From Eledone cirrhosa (taxonomy: Eukaryota), in contig OZ024754.1 in the NCBI GenBank assembly GCA_964016885.1, forward strand, positions 7,688,001-7,752,000: a stretch of 64,000 nt of DNA, written 5' to 3'. The position numbers and the translations under genes were made by a program. The notes beneath the pieces are model-generated. The model had not been told where the DNA came from. It saw only the letters and a list, made by a program, of their open reading frames with translations, and made no database searches. Positions 27,143 to 43,779 of this stretch are shown piece after piece (position 1 is the first letter of the stretch; every line of letters begins with the position of its first letter).

Positions 27143-27450
27143 CTATGTATGTATGTATGTATGTATGTATGTATGTATGTATGTATGTATGTATATATAT
27201 TGTATTACGGACATGTGGTTAGAATGTTTCAGCAAAGAATCACTGGGCATATTTTGCCAACAAAACCAACCGATAGGAGTCCCAGTGTTAGGCCGTGAAC
27301 AAGGATTACATCCCCAAGCTCGGTTGATCTCGCTTGTGTATCCAGCGGGATCAATTGGAAACGGTTTCTCCTGAGAGAACCCGTGGAAGGCGTGCTTTAG
27401 GACTCTACCTTAATAGGATTTGAACTAGGAACGTAAAGAAACAGCAATAT

Positions 27451-28227
27451 AATGATTTCTAGTATAGGCACAAGGCCAGTAATTTGGGGGTAAAGTCGAT
27501 TAAATCCAACAGAGTACATTACTGGTACTTTATTTTATCGACCCCGTAAGGATGAAAGGAAAAGTTAACCTCGGCGGGATTTGAACTCTGACCATAAAGG
27601 GCCGTAACTCTATGCTGCAAAGCATGGTCTCCGATTCTCTACCGATACTGCCAATTCACCGCCCTATATAATACTATGCAGCTGTCAGACGGTTTATCGA
27701 CTCTGTTAATCTTCCCCACTCACATAACGTAATAATTGTTTCTACTTTTTGGCACAAGGCCAGCAATTACCCAGTGCATTACTGGTACTTTATTTTATCG
27801 ACCCCGTAAGGATGAAAGGCAAAGGCAACATCGGCGGGCTTTGAACTCAGACGATAAAGGGCAGTAACTCTTTGCTGCAAAGCATGGCGTCCGAGTTTAT
27901 TAAAGTAATAATTGTTTCTTCGTTTGGCACAAGGCCAGCAATTACCCAGTACATTACTGGTACTTTATTTTATCGACCCCCGTAAGGATGAAAGGCAAAG
28001 GCAACATCGGCGGGGTTTGAACTCAGACGATAAAGGGCAGTAACTCTTTGCTGCAAAGCATGGCGTCCGAGTTTATTAAAGTAATAATTGTTTCTTCGTT
28101 TGGCACAAGGCCAGCAATTACTCAGTACATTACTGGTACTTTATTTTATCGACCCCCGTAAGGATGAAAGGCAAAGTTGACCTCGGCGGGGTTTGAACTC
28201 AGAATGGAAAGGGCGGTAACTCTATGC
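27451..28227 (-). mobile_element. Four SINE A copies, partly tandemly duplicated
   Basis: 27451-27664, 27731-27895, 27905-28075, 28083-28227; identical junction CCGAGTTTATTAAAGTAATAATTG occurs twice. Confidence 0.92.
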
Positions 28228-29024
28228 AATCCAAATGTAATAATATGCTGTAAAGAGTCTACAATTTTCTACAATACCATCTACCATTGTATATAAACAT
28301 ATCATTGTCAACATCTAGATAATAAATGCAAAACAATGAGGTATACCTTAGCTTGTTTTCAAGTCGTGCCAGATTATTTTTTTTACTTTATAATCCTGTA
28401 TGAATTTATTTTAGTCCCATTGTAAATATAAACAAAGAAACCAATTTGACAATTGTATTTGTATTTAAATCAATAGAAATTCTTCCATAAATAAACAAAG
28501 ACCTTTTCATTTCATTGTTATTAAATCACACACCAGAATGATTATTATACTTGCAGTTAAATAATCAAAGTACACTTCTTTATCTGGCAGTGGGTGTTCT
28601 CATACTGTTACTCAATATTACTAAAGAAGTGCTATTGTCTTTTACACCTAAACTTTAATTCAAAGAGAATCAACGCTTTTACACCTAAAGCGTTGATTCT
28701 CTTTGAATTAAAGTTGAATCAATGAAACTTACGATCGTATGATTCCTGGATCAGACGACATATAGTAGGCTTAGTTAAACATCATATGCCCCTTCGCTGC
28801 AGTCCATTCAGCTAGAAAGGATGAGTTTTCTACGTCTGCTGATATCCGTGCAGGCGGTGTTGGTGTTATCTTCAATGTGGGATAGAGCAATGTCTGACGC
28901 TTCTGTACATAGTTCACTGTTGCTAAGTTGCTCAGCTGCCAAGCTGTTGTATGTGTCTCTCGAGATAACGCAGAATTATTTCCCTTTATCAGAAGGGACG
29001 TATACGAAGTCCTTCTCTCGCATA

Positions 29025-32474
<3,450 letters not shown>

Positions 32475-34698
32475 TTCGTTTCTGAATTTGTTTAGCAAGA
32501 TTCTTTATCTGAAATCGTGTGTTGAAACCGATATTTTTATACTTTGGGAGGGTCATGTTGCCAATAAGAAACACACGCACCAGTTGCTTTCACTCCAATT
32601 TATTATAATAAATTTATAATAAATTTATAAATTTATAAATTTCTGGTTGGTTGGTTCCACAACCAGATAGTTGTTTATATATAGTCATAGTTCTTTCGTC
32701 ACACACGCTGTGACCTCTTCAGTGACTGGGGATTCCTTTCTTTGTTTCTGTGCCTCTCTTTTGTTCTGTCCTACGCCATTTTGTTTCTGTGTGTGTGTTG
32801 TGTGCTCAGTCTGCGCATACGCCACATCCGGGTGTCTGTGTGTTTATGTTCATTTATTTTATTTGTTTATTTACATGTTATTGGTTGGTTGTTTGTTCTA
32901 TGTGTGTGTGTGTGTTTTCATTTTGTCCTTAATTGTAAGTTGTGATGTTGCTGTTCCACTCATATTTTCTATTTAATTTCTCATATATATATATATATAC
33001 ATATATACATATATACATATATATACATATATATATATACAGGTATTTCTTTTTAAACCTGTAAATACATTTCAAGTGTAAAATAGTTATTTCTTAATTT
33101 TATTGACATACATTATGCTTTGAAATTACATATCTGTGAACAATTAATATTCTCATGATTTTGGCGAATATGAATGCTATAAGCAATATATATTTATGTA
33201 AATAAAATACGCGTTTATGCTCCAATTATTATATTTGCTATATACAAAATTACTCGATAAACGGATATTTATGACATGTCACTTTTAAGAATTCACCGGT
33301 CTTCTTTATTCAGGACTGGTCGTGGTTTTCTTTCTGAAACTTACCTGTTAAAACCGTTAGTAAAATGTTATGTGAAATTCTAGAAGTTGTTCAATAAATG
33401 CTCGTTTCCATGCCATAGATATTATCCAATGGATAGGCTAGGGCTGAGAGAACTTGGCCTCAGTATAATCACGACTAATGTTATATCAGCTGAACAGACT
33501 GAGGCTATTAGAAATTATCTTGTTCACCGTCACATTGCTTCGTCCCGCCTGAGAATAGAACTTACTACGTTACGATCTTACCATTGTGAGCTAATCACCC
33601 TAACCCTTAATCCTCACGTCTTCAATTAGAGTGAAAAAGAAGACATGGTATGTATCCACGTAATTCAGTCTGTAATAACAATGTTTTTATTTAGAAATTC
33701 CCTATTCACATTTGATTTCGTTTGATTCTGCTTCCTTGCAAATCTAATATAATCCATCCATACAATTAATATGATTTCCATGAATGCTTACACAAGACGT
33801 ACAAAACACGGATTCACCAATAACTCGAAAATATTGGGAGATATTTCTGTGAATATTTTCTTTCTATTAGACATATTTATATTTTAATAAGAAAAGTAAT
33901 ATCAACACAGCGTTAAGAAAGAAATTATTATAGTTAATGTGTTTGAAAAGTTTTCCTCATATTTGTTTGCATGCTATATCACATTAACTGAAGAATAGCA
34001 TCTTTAGTAACATGTGGCAAACATACCAATAAACGGTTTACTGATTTTATCTTGGCGACATATTCAAAGGTGTGTTTGCAATTATGTCATAAACAGTTAT
34101 CTGATAATTGTACATTGGAAAACCATCGTGTTTGGAATTCTACCATATATACATACGTCTATATATGTATACTAAAATTATATTAAGGATCTTAGAATAT
34201 CAGAATCATGCGCCATACCACCTGTGGAATAAGGTCAAAGATTCCAAGTAATAAATCCAAGCATTTATTAACATTAAATTAAAAGTCGAATGGCACATAT
34301 ATATATATATATATATATATAAAATAAACATCTCAAACAATTACAGGGGATAATTTGTAAAAACTGTAAACACACATATTTACGGAGGTAACATATTAAA
34401 ATTTAAACAAGAACCTTGTATATAGATACCTTGCAATAATAATTAATCTCCTTTGTATATATTCCATTGAAGAAATATATTTCACCATTAATCGTTGAAT
34501 CACAGATGTTAAATCTTGAATCATCGGCAAAGGAGAAGATTTGAACCATTTATGAGTACACACTTGAAGCAGATCAGGGGATAACGGTGTAAAAGCACAC
34601 ATATATATATATATATATATTAGAAAGTGAGGGGTTTTTACAAAATGAAAAATAACCGAGGTGTCCATTTTTTTTTAAATATATATATTTATTTGGTT

Positions 34699-34736
34699 CC
34701 TTTACCGGTTTCGCAGTTCTTCTGCTTTTCAAAAGG
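34699..34736 (-). ncRNA. Minimal hammerhead with U3-A8 core (inverted partial copy 34761-34790 +)
   Basis: Minus: CCTT-TTGAAAA-GCAG-aagaa-CTGC-GAAA-CCGG-TA-AAGG; all three stems fully paired, GUA triplet. Confidence 0.8.
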
Positions 34737-34862
34737 TGAGTTGAGATGGAGGGTCTGTGGTTGAAAAGCAGAAGAACTGCGAAACCGGTAAAAGAACCAA
34801 ATACATATATATATTTTAAAAAAAATAAGACTCCAGTTGCATTTTCGATTTCATCTCTTTTT

Positions 34863-34924
<62 letters not shown>

Positions 34925-35454
34925 GCGTGCTTTCATACTCGTATGTGTATTTAATACCTGTATCTAGATGCGTGTCAACTATATCATCATCTCTTTCAAC
35001 TCATATTATATCCGTATTTGTGGTCACATATCACAAATATACTTGCCCTCATATATGTACTTACGCACACATTTTCACCATACACATGCATTTGTACATA
35101 CACACATATGTACATTTGTGAGTGTATATACATACCTAACTATATTTCCTTATATTTTTTGTATATTTTTTAATATATCTCTTGCATTACTTTTATTTAT
35201 ATGTTTTGCATTTCTTGATGAGACTTTCCAAATATTTCACTATGTTTTATATTACCTTGTCCGACGAACAAATGAGGACGTTTTTTTTTTTGTTTTTTTT
35301 CGTATTCGTCTTATTCGGGAAACCTCTGGTGATGAGGTAATTATATTGTATTGTTTATTATACATTAAATTTTGCTCTGGTACTTACATAGAGCATTCTT
35401 CACTCCTATGACTTTTTCAATTTTCAATGGAAACTTCAATACTTATATATATAT

Positions 35455-35590
35455 AACAAAGGAATTGTGGTAAGGAACCAGATGGACCATAACGCACCAG
35501 AGTACTCAATACTTAGGGTAGTAGAGTGGGAAATAGGAAAAGGTATGACCCCGACGGCTTGAGCTCTGATGTCGGGGTCATACTTTTTCA
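35455..35590 (-). mobile_element. Fold-back element, 'GACCCCGACGGC' family
   Basis: Reverse complement of the 11507/12231 tail with a shorter hairpin. Confidence 0.8.
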
Positions 35591-35994
35591 TATATATATA
35601 TATGTATATTTGATTTATGCATATGCAACATAAACATATATGTACTTTACACATTTCACATTAATTTAGATTTTGTATGTTTCTAACACAAGCAAAAATA
35701 TCATATAAATTTGAGCATGTGTTGGTTGCTTACCGTAACTTCGGTATGCATGTTAAAGAACTCAACGTTGTGTGCAGATGATTCTGTTTCCTCCGGAGTA
35801 ATTTAAAACAAGAAGTGTAATTCAACGGGTTAAAATTAACTTCGTTTATTCATAAACGAAGTTAATTTTAACCTGTTGACTTACACTTCGTTATATATAT
35901 ATATATATATATATAATAGTGGGAAAATGTGGACGTTAGAGAACGTTCTAAAAGGAACATGATAATACAAATAGGGTTAGAAAAGCACACCTAG

Positions 35995-36020
<26 letters not shown>

Positions 36021-36025
<5 letters not shown>

Positions 36026-36290
36026 AAGTTAAATAAAAGTCAAATGATTAAAATTTAGCTTCGTTTATTACTGCTATATATATTTCAGTGACAGAGGTCA
36101 CAGCCAAAGATGGCTGTCACTGAAATATATATAGCAGTAATAAACGAAGGTAAATTTTAATCATTTGACTTTTATTTAACTTTATTTTACACTACTCCGG
36201 AGTAACCAAACCAACCTGCGCACTTCGTCGAGTGCTCCAGCCTGCATACTGAGGTGTTGGTATACAACCAACATAAACTCAAAATCTCTC
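36021..36290 (+). mobile_element. Fold-back element carrying stem II and the 3' half of a 14813-type hammerhead
   Basis: Arms about 36021-36094 / 36114-36188; GAGGTCACAGCC-aaagat-GGCTGTCACT-GAAA-TATATATA-GCAGT. Confidence 0.78.
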
Positions 36291-36298
36291 TCTCTCTC

Positions 36299-36371
<73 letters not shown>

Positions 36372-36379
<8 letters not shown>

Positions 36380-36555
36380 TGAGATACTACAAGACTAGAA
36401 CTGTTTCATTCTTTAGAAATCATCCTGATGATTTCTAAAGAATGAAACACTTCTATTCCTCTAGAATCTCATCTATATTAAAACTTTATACTCTGCAATG
36501 TATTGAGTACCTTACTTACTGTGGTTACTTCGGATTCAACTCGAATTAACTTACT
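36372..36555 (+). mobile_element. Fold-back element with decayed hammerhead (38245 family)
   Basis: Palindrome centred at about 36425; CTGATGA-t-TTC-taaa-GAA-t-GAAA at 36425-36447. Confidence 0.72.
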
Positions 36556-36646
36556 ATATATATATACATTATGAAGAGAGAAGAAACATTTAGATATAAT
36601 TAGTAATAAAATGTATCAGCGTTCTTGAGACTAGTAAAATGAGGTA

Positions 36647-36736
36647 TCCTCTTGATAAGTCGGCAGACCTCGCAAGGACTCTATATCTTTATGATGTATT
36701 GTTTTTGTTTATGCCACGAAACTACGTAGTCGAGGA
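36647..36736 (+). ncRNA. Type I hammerhead with U3-A8 core inside a fold-back element (36565-36930)
   Basis: TCCTC-TTGATAA-GTcGGCA...TGCCAC-GAAA-CTACGTAG-TC-GAGGA; 5-bp stem I, 10-nt palindrome ACTACGTAGT, GUC triplet; element arms 36565-36618 / 36757-36810. Confidence 0.83.
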
Positions 36737-37251
36737 ATCTAGGAGCAGTTTAGGTATGATACATTTTATTACTAATTATATCTAAATGTTTCTTCTCTCT
36801 TCATAATGTATTTTTAACTCTGATACTGGTTCAGTCTAGTTCAACCGGATTGGTCTGTCCCAGTCATTCATTGAGCAACATCGGTGAAGTTGGCACCCTT
36901 AACTCACGGTTGGGTGCGGATGCATTCATGTATATGTGTGTGTCTGCATGTATCTGTGTGTTTCTAAATATATTATATATATATATATATATATTCACAC
37001 ACACACATTCTAGGAGAAGGCAACTGAAGAAACTGGGATGATTGACATGAAACCTGTGGCTCAGTAGCTACTGATGATGTTGTCTTCTTTTCGGGTTATA
37101 GCTACTGTCGCTCAGAGTAGAATTGGCTCGCTGCAGTCTTTCCTCACTTAAAAAGAATATTCACGCACAGGCCTTATACGTTAGCATTAATTGATAATTA
37201 TTAATAATGTTATACCGTGCAATGGTCATACTCGATAACGAGAGTGCAGCA

Positions 37252-37290
<39 letters not shown>

Positions 37291-37504
37291 ATGTTTATAA
37301 TATTTTTGTTTGAGATAGTTAAATGTCTAAAGGTTTATAATATTTGTATTTGAAGTAGTGAAATGTATATGTTGTATATGCATAAATTAATTACTTATAA
37401 ATATGATTCAGCAAATGCTTTCCTTCTAAAACAGTTTGAATGGAAATGTGAAATATCTATATAAAATCCAGTGTTGCACAGGAGTTCCTTTACTCATTGT
37501 ATTC

Positions 37505-37603
37505 AAGGTTGACTTTGCCTTTCATCCTTACGGGGTCGATAAAATAAAGTACCAGTAATGCACTGGGTAATTGCTGGCCTTGTGCCTAAAGTAGAAACAA
37601 TTA
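37505..37603 (+). mobile_element. 5'-truncated SINE A
   Basis: Central domain and tail. Confidence 0.88.
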
Positions 37604-37960
37604 TTTTTTGTAGATGAGTCATAAACACCAGCATCTTAATATCTTTTTTGTAGATGAGTCATAAACACCGGATCTTAATATCTTTTTTGTAGATGAGTCA
37701 TAAACACCAGCATCTTAATATCTTTTTTGTAGATGAGTCATAAACACCAGTATCTTAATATCTTTTTTGTAGATGAGTCATAAACACCGGATCTTAATAT
37801 ATTTTTTGTAGATGAGTCATAAACACCAGGATCTTAATATATTTTTTGTAGATGAGTCATAAACACCAGCATCTTAATATCTTTTTTGTAGATGAGTCAT
37901 AAACACCAGTATCTTAATATCTTTTTTGTAGATGAGTCATAAACACCGGATCTTAATATC
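37604..37960. repeat. 39-40-bp minisatellite, about 9 copies
   Basis: TTTTTTGTAGATGAGTCATAAACACCAGCATCTTAATATC. Confidence 0.95.
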
Positions 37961-38244
37961 AAATAGGTTTTTGTTGTGGAATAGTATACACATTATTTCC
38001 AGTGCACATGATTCAATTACTGCTTTACATGTATGGCTTGTCATGATCTAGATTCTAGAATTTCCACTTGGTGTAATCTGTTGCATGTTGGTTTTTGTAG
38101 TCACCCCGTGTATTTAGTCATGCCGGTATCAGCTCTGGACTGGATATTTCTGAAAAAGAGAATAAGCCGATGTAAGACATGATAATTGTTTCTACTTCTG
38201 GCACAACCCATTTCTATTATATATATATACATGGAGAGAGAAAT

Positions 38245-38295
38245 GGATTCTACAGGACTAGAACTGTTTCATTCGGGAGAAATCATCAGGAATCC
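38245..38295 (-). ncRNA. Type I hammerhead with full stem III (decayed paralog at about 42590-42638)
   Basis: Minus: GGATTC-CTGATGA-t-TTC-tccc-GAA-t-GAAA-CAG-ttctagtc-CTG-TA-GAATCC. Confidence 0.85.
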
Positions 38296-38722
38296 CGATA
38301 TATATATATATATAGTAATAATAATAAATTTGAAGACTAAAATCCAAAGAGGGCTCGATAAGGATAAATATAGATCAAATATATAAGAACCGTAGAGCAA
38401 ATATTTATTAAAATAACAGATTAAAGTTTAAGCAAAGAATCGCTGCTTTCACCCTTAACGGGATCTTCTGAAACTAACAAAGTCAATCTGTAAACGCAGA
38501 AGTGGATATTTCAAAAAACGTTGCAACCGGAGGAAGACAGGAAGACGATACTTTGGTTCGTGGAAACGTTCCCTGGCAAAGAACGGGAAAAAACGAATAA
38601 TACGTCATTAATAGGAGCGGTGAAAAACAATTACGCGCAAAGACAGAACCACATTTATGGTATAAAAGAAGTCGTAGACTAATGTTCTCTTAGGTGGTTC
38701 ATAGAGAAGTTAGGGCCGAGTG

Positions 38723-38770
<48 letters not shown>

Positions 38771-39744
38771 GTATGTGTGAATATATATGTATGTGTGTCT
38801 GTGTATGTATACATATATATGTATACATACGAGCTGCATCCACCTGTCGTGTTGTTGCTTACTCAGTATCATTTCAGTGTATAACTGGTACTTTATTTTA
38901 TCGACCCCGTAAGGATGAAAGGTAATGTTAACCTCGGATGTAAGACAGGATAATAACATTCTGTTAGAAAATATAACCACTAGATAAAATATATATTTTG
39001 AGAAGAAGAGGGGCTTCAAGCGAAATAAATTTGAGATTTGATAGTTCTGATGAAACCATTCTGTCATGAGGATAGTTGCTCAGACAAATTTATTAAGGAA
39101 ATTTGCATTCCATTTGCAATATGCTGAAAGATAAAACAAATTCTTAATTGTTACGTTTATTAATGAGTAAATATTAAACAGTGAGGTGTAATTAAATATC
39201 CATTTAAACTTTGTATCTTCAAGTGAACAAATTAGTTTGTAGTTTTATTTGAACGCAAACGAGTATTTATGTCAGCAAGCGTTGTAATATATCTCATAAA
39301 AATTCTTCTCCGTATTAGTAGAATCGTTTGCGACTAATTTATTGGTGCTAATTTCGAAGACTTTATTAAATTTTCCAGTCACGTCACATAAAAGTTTAAT
39401 TATTTTTGTAAAATAAATATCAAATATTTACAAACGCATTACACTGGAATAAACGATGGTACACTGAGTTGAAATGGTGTAAATATTTTATATTATCTTG
39501 GGATCTAGAAACGAAGTGTGATTCATCATAGCGTGGTAGACAGCAAGTACTTTAATAACATAGTTACCAGTCACTCTTCCATCCAGCGAGTAAATTCTTA
39601 CTATAGACTGTGGTATATTTATTTGGTTCATCAGCTACTTACTGATTCTAAGGGATGACTAGCTGAGGGCTGGGCAGTAGGATAGAGGAGGAAACTATAC
39701 AAGAGGACGGGAGTGAGAAAAAAGACTTGAGGACGTACGGTCAA

Positions 39745-39975
39745 TGTCGTAGGTTCGATTCCTGGATTGCGTGTTGTGTTCTTGAGCAAAACACTTCATT
39801 TCACGTTGCCCCAGTATACTCAGCTGAAAATAAGTACCAGCAATAGCTGGGGGTTTAACCCTGCGATGGACTGGCGTCCTGTCCAAGGGGATGTCTTATA
39901 CTCTCAGTCGCTTCACGCCATGAAACCGGGATAAGCACTGGCCAAATGAGACTTCTGACTTAAGACAGACTTTAG
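39745..39975 (+). mobile_element. SINE family B, 5'-truncated
   Basis: B-box GGTTCGATTCC and high similarity to 57561-57850. Confidence 0.88.
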
Positions 39976-40154
39976 ATGGAGAAAAACCCTTTCAAAAGTT
40001 ATGTAAAGAATGTCTTAAATTTGATAGTTATTGATAGAAGTAGTTAAGGAATTAATAACTTAAAGGAAACTAAATTTACAACTATGAATTTATACACAAA
40101 TAAATGCAGAAACGATTATCATTATGTGAAGCTGAGTTGCAATTATATATATAG

Positions 40155-40320
40155 TAATAATTGTTTCTACTTTTGGTACAAGGCCAGCAATTATCCCAGT
40201 GTATTATTGGTACTTTATTTTATCTACCACGTAAGGATGAAAGGCAAAGGTAACCTCGGCGGGATTTGAACTCAGACCATAAAGGAGCGTAACTCTTTGC
40301 TGCAAAGCATGGCGTCCGCC
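40155..40320 (-). mobile_element. SINE A
   Basis: Consensus match. Confidence 0.9.
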
Positions 40321-41966
40321 ACTTATATATATATATATTGAAAAAACGGAGTTAAAGACTCGCGTTAATCCCCTGTAATTCAATGAGTTTAAGGAATAAA
40401 TTACCGGGTCCTCAATAATACACTATATAGAGAAAACACAAAAAGTAGAAACAATTATTATTACTATATATATATAAAAACAAATAACGAAACGAAATTA
40501 AATTTAACTTAATTATATATATATATATATATATATCCGTATGTCGTTGACGGCCGAGAGAATGGGGTACTTAAAACAGATGTAGAGTTTTGTCTGAGGA
40601 CTCTGTGGTAAACAGGCAGAACTCAAGAGTAACAAGACTCACATCGAGTAGTCTCCCTCTGACGACTCTCTTCTATCTAAATATCTCAAAATCAATATAT
40701 TTTTGTCATATAACTCATACTAATGATATTTTGGCCTATGTCCTGAGATCATAGGCAAAGTATTGACCTCCAACTTTACCAAACCACCCATCTATAATGT
40801 ACAGCATATACTCGTTGACAAGGACACACATTCTCTCATCTACACACACACACATTTTCTTTCTTTTAAAAGTCCTTTATTTCACTAGCTTGCAGCCCTA
40901 TGTTCAGGTCTTCTACAATCTCAGAGAAAAAGAAAATACACAAGCATTACTTGCAGAAAATTCTAATGAAATTATACAACTATTATTTTTTTATTATGTG
41001 GGATAATGTGGATAAAACACATGAACAGCTTGCCAATTTAGTGGAATATATTTCTAAACAAATCTGGCTTCTTCTTCGTGCTTAGAAAACAAATAGCAAA
41101 TTTCTACATAATAAAATACATTCATCTAAATCATTACCAAATAGATAAGTTTATAAAGCTAACATGAAATAAATCATGTATGTCTTAGTCAGAGGAGTCA
41201 GATCGTTGTTAAAATGTTTAAAACGGAAGACAAGGTCAGCAGAAAACATTCAATATTTATGTCCATTTATCCACTCAGGAATGTACAGATATATAGACTG
41301 CTCGTTAGTAAAATATACCACAATAACTCAAGATGGGACTACTACTCCAAACCACCTCAATACATCGAAACTGTTTATGAATAGAGGAATATGTATATCT
41401 AAACATTGGCCAGGTTTCAGGGTTTTATTTTTCATTCTTCTGGCTGAAATCTCAAACATTTATTTTATCTATATTACTTCAATATTTTGCCAGAAGAGTT
41501 TGTGTTGAAGGGAATGTGTGACAGTGGATAGTTATTATGAGTTCAAATTTTGATCGAATTGGCTTTACGTACAATCACCCTGTGTTGTTATATTAAAAGA
41601 GAAATCCTTAGGTGAGGTAAACCGTCTATATCCATATGTGATAATGCGTGTTCCGTTTTAATAACGAATAATGTATTTATAGGGGCCAAAAACGTATTCA
41701 TCGAAGTAGTTAAATGAATGTGCACTTATACACAAATCTGTTTATTCGATTTTGTAAATCACATTTTGATAACTTTATTATCAGATATATCTTTGGATAG
41801 TAAAAATACTGTGCTCGATCTATCATAATGTCTCACTTGCAGGATAGAAGCGCCCTTGAAAGGCTTGCTGAACAAACAAGCTGAAACCGCTTTGCGCTGC
41901 GGTCAGGATTCCACGCATCTCTAAACCCACTCCACACCCTCCCGTGTATCGAGTATTCACAGCAGA

Positions 41967-41997
<31 letters not shown>

Positions 41998-42000
41998 AAT

Positions 42001-42555
42001 AGGGAGAAAAAACCGATTATTAGGAAGAAAAATTTTTTTTTTTCCCTTTTATTTTTCTCTTTTTTTGTGGGTTAGAAAATGTTTAAAACAAAATATTTTA
42101 CTTTGAGTGAAGTGTTACGGTATTAGTTAATTTATTTATTAATTAACGATGGCATTTATTTATATATTTATTTTTTTAATCTTTTATTTTCACTTCAAAA
42201 ACCTTGTTTGTAAATAACATTATTCTGTCTTCACCATTTCCTTAACATGTTCAACATCACCAATATTTTACACCAATACAAATTCCCCCATTTGATAATG
42301 CATAAAACGCTGAAACCGGTAATAGACAATTATTGAAATAAATAAATCAATGCCATTATTAATTAATAAATAAATTAACTAAAACCTTAACACTTCACAC
42401 AAAGTAAAATATTTAGCTTTAAACATTTTCTAACCCAGAAAACAGAGATACAAATAAAAGGGAACAAAATATATTTTTCTCCCTATTTTCATATATTTTC
42501 TCCCTATTTTCATATATTCCAACTCGTGTGCTCCTTCTCCACATTTTATTATAAT
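42001..42555 (+). mobile_element. Fold-back pLTR-like element with U3-A8 hammerhead-like motif
   Basis: 42001-42165 is inverted relative to about 42335-42485; TTGATAA...GAAA-CCGG-TA at 42292-42321. Confidence 0.72.
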
Positions 42556-42637
42556 ATACACACACATATATATATATATAAAATAGAAATGGCTTCTACA
42601 GGACTAGCACTGCTTCATTCGGGAGAAAACATCAGGA

Positions 42638-42735
<98 letters not shown>

Positions 42736-43639
42736 TGTGTGTGTGAATAGATATGTATGTATACATATATACATACAAGCTACATCCACTGTCGTGTTGT
42801 TGCTTACTCGGTATTAGTACACAGTCAATTGAATCATAACCTATTTCCCACAGAGGTACCACAACTCTGTCTCAGCTCTCCTCATTGCTAACGATAATTC
42901 ATTTAAAAAGATCTGTCGAAGTCTATCTTGATATTGTATATTATAGTAATATTTCCATAGCAATTTCTGCCCTGAAAGAAATATCCTCATGGGACTTTGT
43001 GATATACTTAATATCGCTATTTTATATTGACTCGAGAATTGATGTATTTAATATATATAATATAATATATATAATTCTATATATATTTATATTGAACGTA
43101 CAATATACTTTTATAGAAATATCTACCATTGTACACACACATTATTTATTTATGTCTTAGTATTATAATTTGTGTCTTAGTATTATAATTTATTTTTCAT
43201 TTTCATTTTATCTACTCCTCCCAATGACAGTTTATAAAGCAACATTTTTTGATATTCTGTCTGTGTGTTAATGATTATGTTCTTTGAAATCAAGATGAAA
43301 AACTTCATTACAGTCATATTTATGCTATTTTCTCAGTCAGATTCTATTTCACACATATGTTTCTGCTTCAAATATTTTCAATGATATTTCTTTCATATTT
43401 TGTTTTGTAACATTAATATTGTGTGAACAACCTATGATATTTGGATATCAAGATTATTTCTTATACTATTGTTTAACAAACCAGGCAATCCCATGTTACA
43501 TTAAATTCTACTCTACAGTACGAAAAAAACGACGACAGTTATGAAACAAGTAGGAACAGATATTTTGATTCTTGTTTCCGTTTACAAACGTAGATTGATA
43601 CAGTTTCTTAGCTATCGTGAACTCTTAACGAACACGTCG

Positions 43640-43779
43640 CTGGTAAATATGGGGTCGCATGTATCAACTGGTAAATACGGGGTCGCATGTATCAACTGGT
43701 AAATACGGGGTCGCATGTATCACCTGGTAAATACGGACTCGGATGTATCAACTTGTAAATACGGGGTCGGATGTATCAA
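43640..43779. repeat. 28-bp minisatellite, 5 copies
   Basis: CTGGTAAATACGGGGTCGCATGTATCAA. Confidence 0.93.

Noticed and set aside
28821-29024. Signal-peptide-like ORF start [18 protein letters not shown]
   Set aside because: Runs directly into a microsatellite with no splice or homology support.
37604-37960. Possible CRISPR array (also 43640-43779 and 21576-21804)
   Set aside because: Head-to-tail units without unique spacers, no cas genes, and a eukaryotic context.
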